A DNA stretch of 64,000 nucleotides from Gemmatimonadota bacterium (GCA_958295535.1 OY282356.1:2404378-2468377); one strand, 5' to 3'; numbered from the stretch's first letter, positions 18,498 to 27,689 are shown. Notes: a model not told the origin generated them from the letters alone. Program-made: numbers and translations.

Positions 18498-18727
18498 CGA
18501 GGGCCTCCATCCCGGAGAGAGAAACTGCGTTACGCGACTGCGCTTCCTAGTCGCAGACGGAGGCTTTGAGCGTGGACAAGTGACACCACCGGGAGCGACA
18601 AGTCAACCTGCCCGACCGCGACTTCGCCGCCCGCCACAGCTCGTTTTCCATACGCTGAGTGGGCCAGTACCGTTGGGTCACAGTCCGACAAGAGGGGCCA
18701 TCACTTTGCTGGGATTCCCAAGTCGAA

Positions 18728-19072
18728 CTACTCCTTGAGTATTTCCGCGAAGGACTTTCCGCTCTTTAACATTCTAATGGCTTCGTCCCTACCTCCGAAG
18801 CTTACCCGCAATTTAACCAATTTGTCCCGTTGGGGTTTTGGAAAGGATTTCGCGACCGCGACAGGCCGCAGACGTACCGACTTGTCCACAGGGGAGAGTA
18901 TCTTACCCGCAAATTGCGCACCCGCCTGCAGCTGCGTCCGCACTTTGCTGGCATCAAGCCTGCTTTTCAGTTCCAGCGGGATGACCATATTCTTCTTATC
19001 GATAACGCACAAGAAGTCGCATTTCTCATCTTGTGGTCCTACGCCTAACTCAGCCAACTCATTACAGTCCAT
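18728..19072 (-). CDS. Hypothetical small protein (114 aa) immediately downstream of the islet ATPase.
   Basis: ORF with balanced, charged composition in a low-GC segment. The antisense ORF at 18735-19172 is Ser/Leu-rich and looks spurious. No recognisable motif. Confidence 0.4.
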   Translation of the reverse strand: MDCNELAELGVGPQDEKCDFLCVIDKKNMVIPLELKSRLDASKVRTQLQAGAQFAGKILSPVDKSVRLRPVAVAKSFPKPQRDKLVKLRVSFGGRDEAIRMLKSGKSFAEILKE

Positions 19073-19178
19073 ATCAATAAGAATGCGCTGTCCCCGCAGG
19101 CCCTCAAATCTAACTTTGCAACCCGACCCCTCGCACTTCTTGGCTACACACGCCTTTGGGATTTTGGATTGAACCCTG

Positions 19179-20858
19179 CTAACCAGACTGTCCAGATCTC
19201 AATCCTTCTATGCGATTCGATATTCGCGCATATTTATTGTATGTATCGATTGCAACATCATTGAATCCAGAGGTGAAATCGCCACAGTCCTTTCCAGAGC
19301 GGAAATCGCCACAATCCTCGTCGAACACGAGCTCCGCTACGCGGGTCCCTCCGGCACTCTCATCGGGTTTGAACAACCACAGCCCTAGCTCTTCGGGGTC
19401 GAGTGCAATATATGCATCATCAATACCTGTTCGCCGATCCTCTGGCAGGTCCGATAGGCGTACAAGGTTGGCCAGCTCATCCACAACCCACTCGCTGTGT
19501 GTCGTGATTACGATGCGGACACCCACGTGCACTGCCCTCGCCAGGAGTTTGACGAACTCCACCTGCATCCCGGGATGAAGGTGAGATTCCGGTTCTTCGA
19601 TGAACAGCACATCGCCAACACGAACAGCATGCCGAAGATAGAGCACAACCGGCGCAAGTTCCGACACCATCGACGACGTATGCATGAGCGGCAGATCGCT
19701 TGTCCGTTCATCTTTCCATTCATCGGGACGATACGAGAATTCGGGATATCCCGTTACGGAATTCCTAGCATGGATAGTGCCGCGCAACACATGGATTTCC
19801 AGCGCCTTGGCAACGTCTTCGATGTCGCCCGATGATTCAGACGTGCGATCTCCCAGTCCAATCAGGATGTCCATGAAGTCGGCAAGCACTCCCGAGACCG
19901 TCGGCAACTGGGGTTCCGGGCTAAATCCTGTACGCGCGGCACTACGGACCAAGGAACGTACGATTACTCTGTGAGCGTGCATGATGCCGGTGCGGCTCGC
20001 CGGCAGGTAGTGCGGCACGCTCACCAGAGGATTGAGCAACTCTGCGCCGCACATATCAGTAAGCATCCCCAATACCTCCCTGGCCAATACCGGCCCTTGC
20101 CGGATAGAGGGGATATCATCGTTGGTCGCGACCAGATACTCGATATGCTTCCGAAACTCCGCGAAGTATCGAACGACCTCGGCTGTTTCAGGCGACCCCG
20201 GATACATAGGAACCGAGCTCGGTACCGAAGCTCCTAGACTGGCACTGTCGCCTTTTGTCGCGTACCGGTACTCGACGATGCCGACATCTGATCCTCCGCG
20301 ACGCTCCGCCACAATCTGGATGCCATCCTTGACCCCGTTACGGATCAAGGTATTGGTCTCTTTGACTCCGAAGCACCGGCGAATTTCAAAATCAAGCTGG
20401 TTATCCAGCCTGCGAACATCTTCGAGCCGACGCCGGACGAGCTTTGCAACGGATTCTGGTAGCGCGGCAGGGTTTCTCTCTCTCTCGTTCATTGTCTGCG
20501 CACTGCCCCTAACCCTCTCCGCCCAGCCGATCACCGCCTCAACATCTTCGGTGGAGATATCCATATCGTCATCCCTTGGATCGTGCTCCGGACCAAAGAT
20601 TGAGCGACTGTGCTGGTAGGGATGGTATCTCCGCGCAGAAATCTTGCCGGAGAAAAATCTGTGCAGCGCGTACATGAGGATCGCCAGGTAAGACTTGCCC
20701 GTGTTGCTGGGGCCAACGAACACGGTCATCGGGCGTAGCTTGATCTTCGCCTCGGCGATTGGGCCGAGGTTGGTGACAGCCAGTTCGAGGTTCTTCGACT
20801 CAGATGGTGCGGTCACTGCTCTTGCCCTGGTCGAGTTAAGGCCGTGATCGGCTGGCAT
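19179..20858 (-). CDS. OLD/ABC-type AAA ATPase (AAA_15/AAA_21-like), possibly with a DUF3696-like C-terminus. Candidate defence-system ATPase.
   Basis: Walker A FVGPSNTGKSY near the N-terminus and Walker B/D-loop LFIEEPESHLHP(…)ITTHSEW in the C-terminal third, which is the split ABC-ATPase layout of OLD, AbiL and Septu PtuA-like proteins. Low-GC coding sequence. The ORF-track start at 21494 would overlap the cupin gene, so an internal ATG at 20858 (alternative 21077) is preferred. Confidence 0.65.
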   Translation of the reverse strand: MPADHGLNSTRARAVTAPSESKNLELAVTNLGPIAEAKIKLRPMTVFVGPSNTGKSYLAILMYALHRFFSGKISARRYHPYQHSRSIFGPEHDPRDDDMDISTEDVEAVIGWAERVRGSAQTMNERERNPAALPESVAKLVRRRLEDVRRLDNQLDFEIRRCFGVKETNTLIRNGVKDGIQIVAERRGGSDVGIVEYRYATKGDSASLGASVPSSVPMYPGSPETAEVVRYFAEFRKHIEYLVATNDDIPSIRQGPVLAREVLGMLTDMCGAELLNPLVSVPHYLPASRTGIMHAHRVIVRSLVRSAARTGFSPEPQLPTVSGVLADFMDILIGLGDRTSESSGDIEDVAKALEIHVLRGTIHARNSVTGYPEFSYRPDEWKDERTSDLPLMHTSSMVSELAPVVLYLRHAVRVGDVLFIEEPESHLHPGMQVEFVKLLARAVHVGVRIVITTHSEWVVDELANLVRLSDLPEDRRTGIDDAYIALDPEELGLWLFKPDESAGGTRVAELVFDEDCGDFRSGKDCGDFTSGFNDVAIDTYNKYARISNRIEGLRSGQSG

Positions 20859-21110
20859 CACGGCCAAGGCCGACCTCCAGTCCGCCGACGCTCCGGTCGA
20901 TTGCCCGCGGGGTTCTGTCGTACGGCGGGGTTCTGTCGCACGGCAGCGTACTGGTTCCAACCAAGAACATGAGGATTCATTATCGTCTTGAACAGTCTGC
21001 CGAGGACTTCCGGTCTCGATTGCGCTCCGATACCGCGCCTTCCTATCGTGGCTTTGCGTGTCTTCGTCGTTCGTCATGCCGAGTGACCCAAGTCTAGCAG
21101 GGGATATCAA

Positions 21111-21467
21111 ATGAGCGTCAAAAACATCTCGGAGTTGGAGCTCGAGCCGGTGGCCGCCGGATCCGGTACGGCGAGGCAAGTCCTGATCGGGCCAGAGGAG
21201 GGCCAGAACTTCGCGTTGCGGCGTTTCGTGATGCAGCCGGGGGGAGGCATGCCGCTGCACACGAACACGGTCGAACACGAGCAGTACGTCCTGCGCGGGC
21301 GGGCGCGGGTGTCGATTGGCGATGCCGTGCACGAGGTGAAGGGGGGCGATGTCGTCTACATTCCGGCGGGCACCCCGCATTCCTACGAGGCGGTCGGCGA
21401 CGGTCCGTTCGAGTTTCTGTGCGCGGTACCTAACAAGCCGGACACGATAGAGATAGTCGAGAGCTGA
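21111..21467 (+). CDS. Cupin-domain protein (118 aa).
   Basis: Two cupin motifs (GGGMPLHTNTVEHEQYVLRG and GDVVYIPAGTPHSYEAVG). Diverges from the ATPase gene. Confidence 0.75.
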   Translation: MSVKNISELELEPVAAGSGTARQVLIGPEEGQNFALRRFVMQPGGGMPLHTNTVEHEQYVLRGRARVSIGDAVHEVKGGDVVYIPAGTPHSYEAVGDGPFEFLCAVPNKPDTIEIVES

Positions 21468-21610
21468 CCGGCGCCGAGCGCCGACCGTCGACAACGCTGG
21501 CCTGCCCCGGCCGTGGCTAGACGATCAAGCTGCCGAGCCCGGCTAACCGTGGCCGGGTCCAAGCACGAACGGACCTCGACCTTGACCGGACGGTCAAGCT
21601 GCCGAACCGG

Positions 21611-22846
21611 TTAGCCGCGGCGGCGGGCCGGTTCGCGCAACCCTTCCGCGACTTTCGCAAACGACTCCGTGACGTCCCGCATCTGATCAGCACCGGCCAG
21701 CAACACCTCGTGCTTGATCCAGACAGTCGTGCGGCAGATCTCTTCGCAGACAGGCAGGCGATCGTGCGGCCGCTGCGCGAACCGGCCCCCACCTGCCGAC
21801 CCGGCCCGGCGGGCGGCCCCCGAGACAAAGCCCTGCCGGTATAGCGGCTTGGTGTAGCCGGGGTGCGCCGGGATGCCCTCCGCCCGCAGCGCCTCGATAA
21901 CCCGCGCCCGCCCCGCCTCCAGAAGCCGTCCCCGCAGCCGGATCATGAAGATGTGACAGCCGTGTCCGGTGATCCGGTCGTCGGCATCCGGGAGCAGCAC
22001 GCCGTCGACCTCGGCGAGTCCGGCCGCGAGCGCCTCCATCGCCTCTCGCCGAACGGCCTGCTCTTCGGGCAGCCTGTCCAGACCGCACAGCAACAGCGCC
22101 GCCTGGCTCTCGGCCATCTGAAGGTTCAGGCCCGTTAGAGGGTGTTCGTGCCGCACCCCTCCCGGCTCGCGGCCGCAGTCCGAATAGGCCTTCGCCCGCC
22201 GGTACGCCTCTTCGTCCGCGGTCAGAACCATGCCGCCCTCGCCAGCGGTCAGGTTCTTGCTCGATTGGAAGCTGAACGCGCCCGCAGCGCCGAAAGCGCC
22301 GACGCCCCGGCCCCGCCAGCTGGCGAGCCAAGCCTGCGCCGCGTCCTCGACCAGCGGAATGCCGTACCGGCGGGCGACCTCGCCGAGGCGGTCCATGTCA
22401 GCCGGGCGTCCCCCGATGTGGACCGGCAAGATGGCGGCCGTGCGCTCCGTGACCGCCTCCTCGACCGCCGCCGGATCCAGATTGTGGGTGCCCCGCTCCA
22501 CATCGGCAAAGACAGGAACGGCGCCGATCGACATCGGGGCTAGCGCCGTCGCCGCGAAGGTGTATGGAGTCGTGACTACTTCGTCGCCCGAGCCAACCCC
22601 GGCGGCCACGAGCGCCGCCTGCAGAGCCATCGTTCCGTTGCAGCATGCCACGCCGTATCGCGCCCCGTGCAACGCCGCGAAGCGCGCTTCGGCTTCCGGA
22701 ACCAGCTTCCCCCCGGCGCCCCACCGCCCGGACCGCAGCACACCTTCCAGCGCACGCTTCTCGGCTTCGCCCCAGCGCGGCCAGGAGGGCCAGGGCTCGC
22801 TGCGCACGGGCGGCCCGCCATCAATCGCCAGCCGGTGCCGCGGCAC
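21611..22846 (-). CDS. DegT/DnrJ/EryC1/StrS-family PLP-dependent sugar aminotransferase.
   Basis: 411 aa. Family motifs (CCNGTMALQAAL, DEVVTTPYTFAATA, FSFQSSKNLTAGEGG with the lysine). Confidence 0.8.
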   Translation of the reverse strand: MPRHRLAIDGGPPVRSEPWPSWPRWGEAEKRALEGVLRSGRWGAGGKLVPEAEARFAALHGARYGVACCNGTMALQAALVAAGVGSGDEVVTTPYTFAATALAPMSIGAVPVFADVERGTHNLDPAAVEEAVTERTAAILPVHIGGRPADMDRLGEVARRYGIPLVEDAAQAWLASWRGRGVGAFGAAGAFSFQSSKNLTAGEGGMVLTADEEAYRRAKAYSDCGREPGGVRHEHPLTGLNLQMAESQAALLLCGLDRLPEEQAVRREAMEALAAGLAEVDGVLLPDADDRITGHGCHIFMIRLRGRLLEAGRARVIEALRAEGIPAHPGYTKPLYRQGFVSGAARRAGSAGGGRFAQRPHDRLPVCEEICRTTVWIKHEVLLAGADQMRDVTESFAKVAEGLREPARRRG

Positions 22847-22855
22847 CAGAAAAGC

Positions 22856-24583
22856 TCAGGGCGACCGGAGCGTCGGGTAGGCAATCCCTAGCTGCTCCAG
22901 ATACGTCTCGTACTTCGTCTCGTCGAAGTAGAACGGCTCGATCAGCGGCCTGAAGCGCGCCATGATGTCGACATTCAGGTCTATCGGAGGAGGGTCGTCC
23001 GCCGTGATAAACGGCTGGTACTGCTGGTCCTTGCCCTGCACCTCCCGAAAGTACGTCCACGCGTCCTCGACGAGATCGGGATCAAGGAAGAGCTTGAGCG
23101 CCGTCCGCGCCAGCACCTTGGCCCCGGCTACCGCCCCTTTATGCGCGATAGGGGTCGCCATCGCGATCGCGTTCGACCAGTGATGACCCTGCAACCCCGG
23201 AATGTTCGACGGGAAGCGCAGGGTCACCGTCGGCACGGTCCAACCGATGTCCCCGATGTCGTCCGATCCGCCGCTCCGCCGGTCGTTCTCGCCCTCCGGC
23301 GGCGTCCCGATGCCATCCAGTTCGGTGTTCAGCCCAGGGGTCGATTCGTTCCCGACCTCGGCCTGGACGGCACGCGCCAGCGCCTGGTCGTCGTCATCCC
23401 ACTCGGGAAGGCCGACATGCTCGATCTGCTCCCACATGGTCTCCGCGATGACCTTGTTGAAGTGCCGCGGAGCCGCCGCGCCCCGCACCCTGTAGGTCAT
23501 CTCGGTGTCCGTCATCAGCGCCGCGCCCTCGGCGATCTTCTTCGCGACATCGTAGTTCCGCAGGATGCCGTCGAAGTCCATCTCGCGAATGTAGTACCAG
23601 ACAGTCGCGATCTGCGGCACGACGTTGGGCTGGTCCCCTCCGTCCGGGATGATGTAGTGGGACCGCTGGTTGGGGTGGAGGTGTTCCCGGCGGAAGTTCC
23701 ACCCGATGTTCATCAGCTCGACCGCATCGAGCGAACTGCGCCCCCGCCACGGCGAACCGGCGCTATGCGCAGCCTCCCCCGAGAAGGCGAACTCGACGGA
23801 GACGAGACCTGTCCCGTTCGCCTGTCCCCAGCTCACGCCGAGGTTGTTCCCCACATGCGTGAAGATCACCAGGTCGATGTCTTCGAAGTAGCCGTCGCGT
23901 ACGAACCACGCCTTGCTCCCGAGCTGCTCTTCGGCGACGCCCGGCCATAGAACCAGAGTCCCTTCGATCCCCTCCTCCCGCATGACCTTCTGAAGGGCGA
24001 GCGCCGCCGTGACGTTCACCGCCTGGCCGGAGTTGTGGCCCTCTCCGTGGCCCGGAGCTCCGGGTACGAGAGGCTCGTGCCACGCCACCCCCGGCTTCTG
24101 GTTCGCCTTCGGAATGCCGTCGATGTCGCTGCCGAACGAAATCACCGGCGATCCCGACCCCCACCGGGCGAACCACGCTGTCGGAATGCCCGCCGAACCC
24201 CGCTCCACTTGCCACCCGTTCTCTTCGAGGATGCCCGTGACGTAAGCGGATGTCTCGAACTCCTGCTGCCCCAGTTCGGAGAACGAGAAGATCTTGTCCA
24301 CCATCACCTGCGCGAGTTTCGCCATCGAGGCTACCTCGGACTCCACCCGGTCCAGCGCCTGTTGGCCGGACAGCGAGCCGGGCACGGAAGCGAGAGCTGC
24401 CGCAATGACGAGGGCGCATGCCGGAGACGCGACGGAAGTCGGAAGCGGCGGCCAGCTCCAGCCTTGCACGCGCGAGCATCTCTTGCTGGCCTTGCTGCTC
24501 CTGCTGGTCGTGCTGCTCTTGCTGGTCGTGCTGCTCTTGCTGGTCGGACATTCCCTGTCGTGCGATGTCTTGAAGAAAAGCAT
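22856..24583 (-). CDS. M20-family metallopeptidase/amidohydrolase (AbgB/aminobenzoyl-glutamate utilisation-like), secreted. Start is uncertain.
   Basis: Conserved M20 metal-binding region (HEPLVPGAPGHGEGHNSG, dimerisation domain). The N-terminus contains a 21-bp tandem repeat. Signal-like ACALVIAAALASVPG. Confidence 0.7.
   Translation of the reverse strand: MLFFKTSHDRECPTSKSSTTSKSSTTSRSSKASKRCSRVQGWSWPPLPTSVASPACALVIAAALASVPGSLSGQQALDRVESEVASMAKLAQVMVDKIFSFSELGQQEFETSAYVTGILEENGWQVERGSAGIPTAWFARWGSGSPVISFGSDIDGIPKANQKPGVAWHEPLVPGAPGHGEGHNSGQAVNVTAALALQKVMREEGIEGTLVLWPGVAEEQLGSKAWFVRDGYFEDIDLVIFTHVGNNLGVSWGQANGTGLVSVEFAFSGEAAHSAGSPWRGRSSLDAVELMNIGWNFRREHLHPNQRSHYIIPDGGDQPNVVPQIATVWYYIREMDFDGILRNYDVAKKIAEGAALMTDTEMTYRVRGAAAPRHFNKVIAETMWEQIEHVGLPEWDDDDQALARAVQAEVGNESTPGLNTELDGIGTPPEGENDRRSGGSDDIGDIGWTVPTVTLRFPSNIPGLQGHHWSNAIAMATPIAHKGAVAGAKVLARTALKLFLDPDLVEDAWTYFREVQGKDQQYQPFITADDPPPIDLNVDIMARFRPLIEPFYFDETKYETYLEQLGIAYPTLRSP
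24484..24546. repeat. 21-bp tandem repeat x3 (TGCTGGTCGTGCTGCTCTTGC) at the 5' end of the M20 peptidase ORF.
   Basis: Read directly. It encodes SKSSTT repeats on the minus strand. The first copy is degenerate. Confidence 0.7.
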
Positions 24584-24665
24584 TGCCGGCCTCTTGGAAA
24601 ATGGTTTGCAGATGCAGCGCGGACTCACCCGGCAGCAGCCGATCAGAGTGGCCCGGAGAGACTGT

Positions 24666-25370
24666 TCAGGACCCAGCGTTGCAAGCGGGCTCGTTCACGC
24701 GCCGGTAGTCCTCGACGAAAACATCCGTCTTCTCCGCCACGGCCGCGAGCACCGGTGCGGACTCTCCACCGTGCACCCCCATGTGCACGGCCTCCCAGGT
24801 AAGCCCGAATCCTGTCTGGCCGCTCCGCTGGTCGAGTACCCACTTGTGAAAGCCGACTCCGACCCTGAACGACGGTCCTGTCACATGAATGTTCACCATC
24901 AGGTGCGCTTCGGGGGATTCGCCAGTCGGCGCAGCATCCGGCGTTGCATCGGGCGCTGTCTCGGCCGGGGCGTGGATGGTGGACAGATCGGATGTGCCAA
25001 GCAGCTGGGCCGCCCGCAGCCTGTCATCCACCAACTGCCGCACGCTTTGTCCGGTCAGGCCCTCCAGCGGCCCAGCGTGATCGGTCAGGTCCTCGAGAGC
25101 GCCACCGGCATCGATATAGGCGAGGGACCCGATCCGTTCGCATTCGTTGAAGAGCTGGAAACGTTCGAGGGCCGATCCCTCCGCCGCCACATGCGCGACC
25201 GCGGATTCCTCCGTCTCGCCGGCTGTCGGGGACTCTGCGGCGGCGGCAACCGGGGACCGACTCCCACCAGCAGTTGGGGACTCGGCGTCGACCGCCGGGG
25301 ACTCGGTGCTGGGCGGAGCGCACGACACAAGGAAGCAAGCTAGAGCGCACAGCCCGCAGGAAGCGGTCAC
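24666..25370 (-). CDS. Secreted lipoprotein of unknown function, paralog A. Non-ATG start is likely.
   Basis: Lipobox-like CALACFLVSCAPP. C-terminal two-thirds align with the neighbouring ORF (RFxLxNxC, SRLRAAxL, WxxGxHGG, FVEDYRRVNEPACN). The ORF-track ATG at 25526 overlaps the upstream gene. Confidence 0.5.
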   Translation of the reverse strand: MTASCGLCALACFLVSCAPPSTESPAVDAESPTAGGSRSPVAAAAESPTAGETEESAVAHVAAEGSALERFQLFNECERIGSLAYIDAGGALEDLTDHAGPLEGLTGQSVRQLVDDRLRAAQLLGTSDLSTIHAPAETAPDATPDAAPTGESPEAHLMVNIHVTGPSFRVGVGFHKWVLDQRSGQTGFGLTWEAVHMGVHGGESAPVLAAVAEKTDVFVEDYRRVNEPACNAGS

Positions 25371-25402
25371 GGTACGCAGCGCTTCGCCGATGATCCAGAC
25401 TC

Positions 25403-25888
25403 CTATCCGCAGGCGTCTTCGTTGATGCGCAAGTACTCCAGCACAAAGTGGTCTAAGCGTTCTGATAGGTTCTGCATTATGAAGCCCGCATCTCCGCCGT
25501 GCATTCCATAACGGCCCCTCTGCCAAGTAACGGCCCTGCCACTTCGTTCAGATGCAGAATCGTATAGGGCCTTATTGAACTGAAGAGTTATGCTGTACGC
25601 GCCTTGTTCGCGGTAGTCCGATACAAGCACCCCGACATTCACATACAGATAGGGAGTCGCGTCAGCATCGTACAGCCGAGCAGCTCGGAGGCGGCTTTCC
25701 GCCAACACTTGTACACGCTCCCTGGTCAGCCCTATCGCGTCTCCCTCTTCAGGAACGTCCGCGACTACAAGGTCTATCTGTGCGCACGCGTTGTATAGTC
25801 GGAACCGGTTGAGCGAGTCGGCTTGCGCCGCTGATCGGCTAGGTAGCGCGACGGCCAAGACAGCAACGATGACGAACACAGTTCGCAT
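25403..25888 (-). CDS. Secreted protein of unknown function, paralog B.
   Basis: Signal peptide MRTVFVIVAVLAVALPSRSAAQA. Shares conserved blocks with paralog A. Ends EYLRINEDACG. Confidence 0.5.
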   Translation of the reverse strand: MRTVFVIVAVLAVALPSRSAAQADSLNRFRLYNACAQIDLVVADVPEEGDAIGLTRERVQVLAESRLRAARLYDADATPYLYVNVGVLVSDYREQGAYSITLQFNKALYDSASERSGRAVTWQRGRYGMHGGDAGFIMQNLSERLDHFVLEYLRINEDACG

Positions 25889-25954
25889 TAGCGCTCCTTC
25901 CAACAGCCGGGCCGGGAAACGACGCAGCCCCGCACGCTCGACCAGCCCGAAAAG

Positions 25955-26039
25955 CGGAGGGGGTGGGATTCGAACCCACGTGGGCTTGTCGCCCGCCGGT
26001 TTTCAAGACCGGTGCATTCAACCGCTCTGCCACCCCTCC
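25955..26039 (-). tRNA. tRNA-Ser (anticodon TGA), long variable arm.
   Basis: Reverse complement GGAGGGGTGGCAGAGCGGTTGAATGC(…)CTTGAAA(…) has a long variable arm and GGTTCGAATCC T-arm. About 85 nt. Confidence 0.75.
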
Positions 26040-26125
26040 ATGCAACCGCTCTGCCACCCCACTTGGCAACCGTCCTGTCACCCTTTTATGGAGATGCGAG
26101 CCGGACATCATCGGCTACGAAAACA

Positions 26126-26198
<73 letters not shown>

Positions 26199-26337
26199 AC
26201 GCCAAGTGGGCCTCGATCGTGCTGTATCGCGAACTCTCCAGCGCGTGGATGCTGCTGCCTTCCACGGCTGGCTATCCGCTGGCTGGCTATCCGCCGCATT
26301 TGCTGGCTACGCCGCTGCACTTCGGGTGATGATCTCA

Positions 26338-26411
26338 TGGGGCGGGAGGGACTCGAACCCCCGACTTCTGCGATGTGAACGCAGCGCTCTAGCCAACTGA
26401 GCTACCGCCCC
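26338..26411 (-). tRNA. tRNA-Val (anticodon CAC).
   Basis: Reverse complement GGGGCGGTAGCTCAGTTGGCTAGAGCGCTGCGTTCACATCGCAG(…)GGTTCGAGTCC(…). Anticodon loop TTCACAT. Confidence 0.7.
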
Positions 26412-26540
26412 TCCTCCACGCGGCCCGCGCCAAGCCGCCGAACCGACTTTACCCTGCCGCCGCTAACCGCGCCACTCCGGAGACCCCCCGCCCGCACTGC
26501 CAACCTCTACACATCGGACGGCTCCAGCCCCTCGCGTCAT

Positions 26541-27545
26541 TCAGTTGCGCCACGGCATGAAGAGCCTGGAAAGAGAATCCACATTGTCCTCGACGAATTC
26601 CCGGAAAGACTTCTCCGTGTTCGCGCGCGTCGAAATGTAACACTGCTGACATGTGTTCTGTTTCGTAAAGCGCTCCAGCATGTCCTCCTGGCGGTCGAAG
26701 TAGGCCATCACCATGGCGCACGGCGTAAGCCGCCCGTCGGGATTGATCACGAGAAAGCGGCGCCCCGCCTGGCAGCCGGGAATCCCCTCCTCCGTCAGAA
26801 AGCGATGGAACTTCCACAGAACGCGCGGCGTGGTGTACACCGGATATCCGGCGCTACGCAGGTCTATTACCTCCTGGATGCTGTCGGCCAGCCCGTCGAG
26901 GCCGTCCCCTTCGATGAGACCGCTCCTGTCCTGCACTCGGAGGTGGGTGTAGACGGAGAAGTTGATCGGGACGCCCCAATCCTTCGCGACCCGCACCATG
27001 TCGCCGATATCCTTGTAGTTCCACGCGGTGATGCAGACGTTGAGAAGGATGTCGTCTTTGTCGTCGCTGGTCCGCGCGATCTCCGGCACCACCCTGGCCA
27101 TCCGGTCGAAGAGGCCGGGGATGCGGCGAAACTCGTCGTGTCGTTCGTCCGGGAAGTCGAGCGACGTGGACAGCTGGTGCATTCCGCTGTCCTTGAGTCT
27201 GAAGAAGCGCTCGGGCGTCAGATTCGACGCGTTAGTAACGACGACCATCCACGGCAGGCCGCCTTTGTTCGTCATCGCATCGACGATGTCGTAGACGTCC
27301 CCGCGCGCCAGCGGCTCGCCTCCCGACGCGTGCGAGACCACGGGCCGAAGCTCCCGGCAGATCGCGGCGTAGTCCTCCGCGCCCAGGCGCTCTTCCTTGA
27401 TCGGTCCGCCCCAGTTGCAGTGCCAGCAGTTTGCGGTACAGGCGTGGGTGATCTCGAATGACACCGAGAGCGGCTTGTCCTGGAATCGGTTCCGGATTCC
27501 GCGCGCCAGCATGCGTACGGCCATCCCCCCAGAAATGTTCGGCAT
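26541..27545 (-). CDS. Radical SAM enzyme with a C-terminal SPASM/twitch-like Cys cluster.
   Basis: CxxxCxxC motif (HACTANCWHC) near the N-terminus. C-terminal CQAGRRFLVINPDGRLTPC(…)CQQC auxiliary-cluster motif. 334 aa. Confidence 0.8.
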   Translation of the reverse strand: MPNISGGMAVRMLARGIRNRFQDKPLSVSFEITHACTANCWHCNWGGPIKEERLGAEDYAAICRELRPVVSHASGGEPLARGDVYDIVDAMTNKGGLPWMVVVTNASNLTPERFFRLKDSGMHQLSTSLDFPDERHDEFRRIPGLFDRMARVVPEIARTSDDKDDILLNVCITAWNYKDIGDMVRVAKDWGVPINFSVYTHLRVQDRSGLIEGDGLDGLADSIQEVIDLRSAGYPVYTTPRVLWKFHRFLTEEGIPGCQAGRRFLVINPDGRLTPCAMVMAYFDRQEDMLERFTKQNTCQQCYISTRANTEKSFREFVEDNVDSLSRLFMPWRN

Positions 27546-27689
27546 CCGTCGCCCTCTCTCTTGACGCTTGTCGCTCGGACCCGGTGGGGGCCCCGCTTAT
27601 CCCGCAGCTTCGACAGTACTACGCGGCCCCGTCTCTATCGGGGGCAGCCCTCTGCCTCTCGGGTGGCCGCTACCGGCCTCGCGCTCCAG

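Noticed and set aside
18735-19172. 145-aa plus-strand ORF in the islet.
   Set aside because: Ser/Leu/Pro-rich antisense-type translation. The overlapping minus-strand 114-aa ORF has a more protein-like composition and matches the ATPase orientation.
21111-21494. N-terminal 210 aa of the 771-aa ATPase ORF as called in the track.
   Set aside because: It would run antisense across the whole cupin gene and into host-GC DNA. The Walker A motif sits about 25 aa after the internal Met at 20858, consistent with family architecture.
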